32,000 bases of DNA, taken from an uncultured Chloroflexia bacterium. Its GTDB lineage: Bacteria > Chloroflexota > Ktedonobacteria > Ktedonobacterales > JADMIN01. The stretch is from the NCBI GenBank assembly GCA_963718915.1, contig CAVRAI010000003.1:510001-542000 (forward strand), in the 5' to 3' direction. The notes beneath the pieces are model-generated. The model ran no database searches. It was not told where the DNA came from and saw nothing but the letters and a program-made list of their open reading frames with translations. Both the position numbers and the translations under genes were made by a program. This document shows, piece by piece, positions 29,762 to 32,000 of this stretch. The first letter of the stretch is position 1, and the number at the start of each line of letters is the position of its first letter.

Positions 29762-30604
29762 ATGCGGGTCTTTGTTGTTGGGGCAACCGGCGTTTTAGGA
29801 CGATATACGCTGCCGCGGCTGGTGGAGCGCGGCCATAGCGTTGCCGTGGTGGCGCGGCATTCTGAGGATGTTGCGCGGCTGCGGCGGCTGGGATTCGATG
29901 CATGGAGCGGCGATATTCTGGATGTGGAGAGTCTGCGCGAGCCGCTGCGAGGCTGTGATGTGGCGCTCCACCTGGCCACGGCGATTCCGATACACCGCCC
30001 CGGGATGGGCTGGAGCCTCAACGACCGCATCCGCCGCGAGGGCACGCGCAATCTGCTGGCGGCGTCGCGGGAAGAGGGCGTGCGTCGCTATGTGCAGCAA
30101 AGTATCACGCTGCTCTACGGTGACGGCGGCGACCAGCTGGTGAGTGAGGATCATCCCCTGTCGCCCTATCCACGGATTGCCTCGGCGTTCGAGATGGAGG
30201 AGGCGGTACGCGCGTCGTCGCTGGAATGGGTGATGCTGCGCGGCGGATCATTTTACGGGCGGGGGACTGGCCGTGAAGATGTCTGGCGTCGCGAGGCGGA
30301 AGCGGGGACGCTCACTGTGCCAGGCGATGGATCGGCGCTGATCTCACTGATTCGGGTTGAGGATATGGCGCGGGCTGTCGTGCTGGCGGCGGAGGCTGCG
30401 CCAGCGGGCGCTGTCTATAACGTGGTGGACGATGCGCCCGTGAGCTACCGGGAGCTGTATAACCATCTGGCCGCGCGGACGATGGCGTCTGAGCCGCCTG
30501 CTGGTGGGCCGCCAGTCATCTCACTCGGCTGCTCCAACGCGGCTATCCGGCGCGCGCTCGGCTGGGAGCCAATGTGGCCATCCTACCGCTCTGGCCTGGC
30601 GTGA
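29762..30604 (+). CDS. NAD(P)-dependent epimerase/dehydratase family (atypical SDR) protein
   Basis: MRVFVVGATGVLGRYTLPRLVERGH is a Rossmann GxxGxxG motif. 280 aa. SD GGGAGGG lies 6 nt upstream. Confidence 0.75.
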   Translation: MRVFVVGATGVLGRYTLPRLVERGHSVAVVARHSEDVARLRRLGFDAWSGDILDVESLREPLRGCDVALHLATAIPIHRPGMGWSLNDRIRREGTRNLLAASREEGVRRYVQQSITLLYGDGGDQLVSEDHPLSPYPRIASAFEMEEAVRASSLEWVMLRGGSFYGRGTGREDVWRREAEAGTLTVPGDGSALISLIRVEDMARAVVLAAEAAPAGAVYNVVDDAPVSYRELYNHLAARTMASEPPAGGPPVISLGCSNAAIRRALGWEPMWPSYRSGLA

Positions 30605-30610
30605 GCGAGG

Positions 30611-31015
30611 CTATTGGACAAGAGTGAAGCCATACTGCGCAAAATGCTGATCAAGGCTGAACGCTTCATGAATATGGAGTCTGCTCATGATTGCGAAACT
30701 GGTTGCGTCCGTATAGGAATATTCCTTGTCCGCCAAGCGCCTGATGATATCGCGGGCCACTGTCTCATCAACTTCCCGGACTCGGATAATTTGGGACGCG
30801 CCCGCAAAAATAGCGTCTAGAAACCGTGTTGCGGCGGTATGGCTCACGCGCGTTAGAAGGAGGGCGTGTGTCCCAGCGACGACGAAGTTGCTCGTCAGCA
30901 ATGCCGCATGTGCATCCGCCAGTCTTGTCATGATGTGTTGCGTTGCGCCGTGCGATGCGTCTTTGGGGTTGATATAGGAAAAGTATGCGGATGTGTCAAC
31001 AAATATGCGGCTCAT
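30611..31015 (-). CDS. vapC: PIN-domain type II toxin (VapC family)
   Basis: IFVDTSAYFSY (first acidic residue), ..TSNFVVAGTHALL.. and ..SYTDATSFAIMSRL... 134 aa. There is a 4-nt ATGA overlap with the upstream antitoxin gene. Confidence 0.8.
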   Translation of the reverse strand: MSRIFVDTSAYFSYINPKDASHGATQHIMTRLADAHAALLTSNFVVAGTHALLLTRVSHTAATRFLDAIFAGASQIIRVREVDETVARDIIRRLADKEYSYTDATSFAIMSRLHIHEAFSLDQHFAQYGFTLVQ

Positions 31016-31293
31016 GCGCGGTGGGGATCTTCGTAGGCTAATGCAATCGCCTCATGTTTGTCGTTCGCGATATCTGTTTCATCCGCGCTGGCAAAAGCGC
31101 CACCAAGGGCAAACAGGGGATCTTGTCGGTCGAATCGCTTGCGACGACGAGAGCTATGCTTCGGCACAATACGGAAAATTCGGCCTTGATCCTCGATCAG
31201 GATTTCTGAACCTGTTGCCTGGAGTTCGTCAAGGATTTGGGATGCGTCCCTGACGAACTCGCTTAACGGTATGGAGTGTTTTTGATCGGTCAT
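31012..31293 (-). CDS. type II antitoxin partner of VapC (Phd/YefM-like N-terminus)
   Basis: 93 aa. IPLSEFVRDASQILDELQATGSEILIEDQGRIFRIVP resembles the Phd/YefM antitoxin fold. Translationally coupled to the PIN gene. Confidence 0.65.
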   Translation of the reverse strand: MTDQKHSIPLSEFVRDASQILDELQATGSEILIEDQGRIFRIVPKHSSRRRKRFDRQDPLFALGGAFASADETDIANDKHEAIALAYEDPHRA

Positions 31294-31332
31294 CGCAGGT
31301 GTCCTCCTGTGTGACGATCATATCACACAATG

Positions 31333-31491
31333 CTAAATGCTCTTGGGCGAGTGGTGGTGCACCCACTCGGGCACATCGCCCGACTCGCGGCTATCTTTGC
31401 CCCACCGCATCGCAGCGAAGTCCACCAGCGCCAGGAATCCGGTTACGCCAAGTGTTACGAGAAGCGCTTCCATGGTAATAAACCCTTTCAT
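31333..31491 (-). CDS. possible small membrane protein (52 aa), below the ORF-track cutoff
   Basis: My translation: MKGFITMEALLVTLGVTGFLALVDFAAMRWGKDSRESGDVPEWVHHHSPKSI*. One TM helix and no convincing SD. Lies 14 nt downstream of the DinB stop on the same strand. Confidence 0.25.
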   Translation of the reverse strand: MKGFITMEALLVTLGVTGFLALVDFAAMRWGKDSRESGDVPEWVHHHSPKSI

Positions 31492-31504
31492 CACATCTGT
31501 CACA

Positions 31505-31999
31505 TCAGTTGGTTGATGTTTGTTGTTGCTGTTGATAGGCGAGCAGTGTCTGCTCGATCTGATTCAGGTGAACGGCATCGTGGTCGGCCCAGTGTTCGAG
31601 CCAGCCTTCGGCGGTGAACTCGCCGTATTCCGGCTGGAAGCCCACTCGCTGCCAGTCGGCGGGTGAGAGCAATCGCGCGACGCCGAGGCTCGCGGTGCGC
31701 TGCGCCTGAAAGTCGGCCAGCAGTTCGTCGCGTGCGTCGCGGGCGATGTTGCGGCTGGCATACCAGCGTTTCTCGTCGTGCGGCGCAAGTTCCGGCCGAT
31801 CCTCTTTGACGATGCGCGCCAACCGCTGTCGCATGATGAACGCTTCGTCGTCTACCAGATGCGCCAGCGCGTCGCGAATGCTCCAGGCGTCAGGCGTTGA
31901 ATGGAAGTCCAGCGCGGCGTCATCCAGCTCGCCAGTCAGCCGACGGAGCGCAGGCTCGGTAGCTTCAAGGATGACCAGAGAGTCGTCACGTGTTGCCAT
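31505..31999 (-). CDS. DinB family (DinB_2-like) protein
   Basis: 164 aa. WSIRDALAHLVDDE ... H..EKRW ... EHWADHDAVHLNQI gives the His triad spacing of DinB-fold four-helix bundles. Confidence 0.7.
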   Translation of the reverse strand: MATRDDSLVILEATEPALRRLTGELDDAALDFHSTPDAWSIRDALAHLVDDEAFIMRQRLARIVKEDRPELAPHDEKRWYASRNIARDARDELLADFQAQRTASLGVARLLSPADWQRVGFQPEYGEFTAEGWLEHWADHDAVHLNQIEQTLLAYQQQQQTSTN

Positions 32000-32000
32000 A

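Overview
High-GC (~63%) bacterial chromosomal window; SD-like GGAGG sites match the 16S tail CACCTCCTTTCT. The 16S looks Chloroflexota-like to my eye, which I cannot confirm without a database search. Layout: zf-HC2 anti-sigma factor and two tandem GT-C-like membrane glycosyltransferase paralogs (124-4279); an rRNA operon with tandem promoters, 16S, a tRNA-less ITS, an unusually long ~3.2 kb 23S and a terminator but no 5S (4350-10146); a Ycf45/SpoIIIAA-like ATPase; an IS982-family element (12030-13141) next to a truncated DUF6883/DUF4926 pair; then mostly housekeeping or accessory single genes: beta-lactamase-like serine hydrolase, TerC, adenosine-deaminase family, MarR, carrier-protein-like, sigma factor plus acidic partner, KGG stress protein, HTH-GAF regulator, ferredoxin-reductase-like flavoprotein, SLT transglycosylase, CheY-like receiver, TetR plus ABC-2 exporter, SDR, VapBC, DinB. 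I found no recognisable defence, CRISPR, retron or biosynthetic system. What stands out is structural. (1) The IS982 transposase is broken only by eight 10-14 bp tandem duplications, and removing them (109 bp) restores an intact 299-codon DDE ORF. Similar short tandem duplications occur elsewhere in the window. (2) Two families of REP/BIME-like palindromic repeats with GTAG/GTGG heads fill five intergenic regions, including a ~307 bp nested palindrome and a ~210 bp MITE-like unit flanked by a perfect 25-bp direct repeat. (3) Two genes carry single-base frameshifts at homopolymer runs. All long ORFs inside the rRNA operon, and the long antisense ORFs, are treated as spurious.
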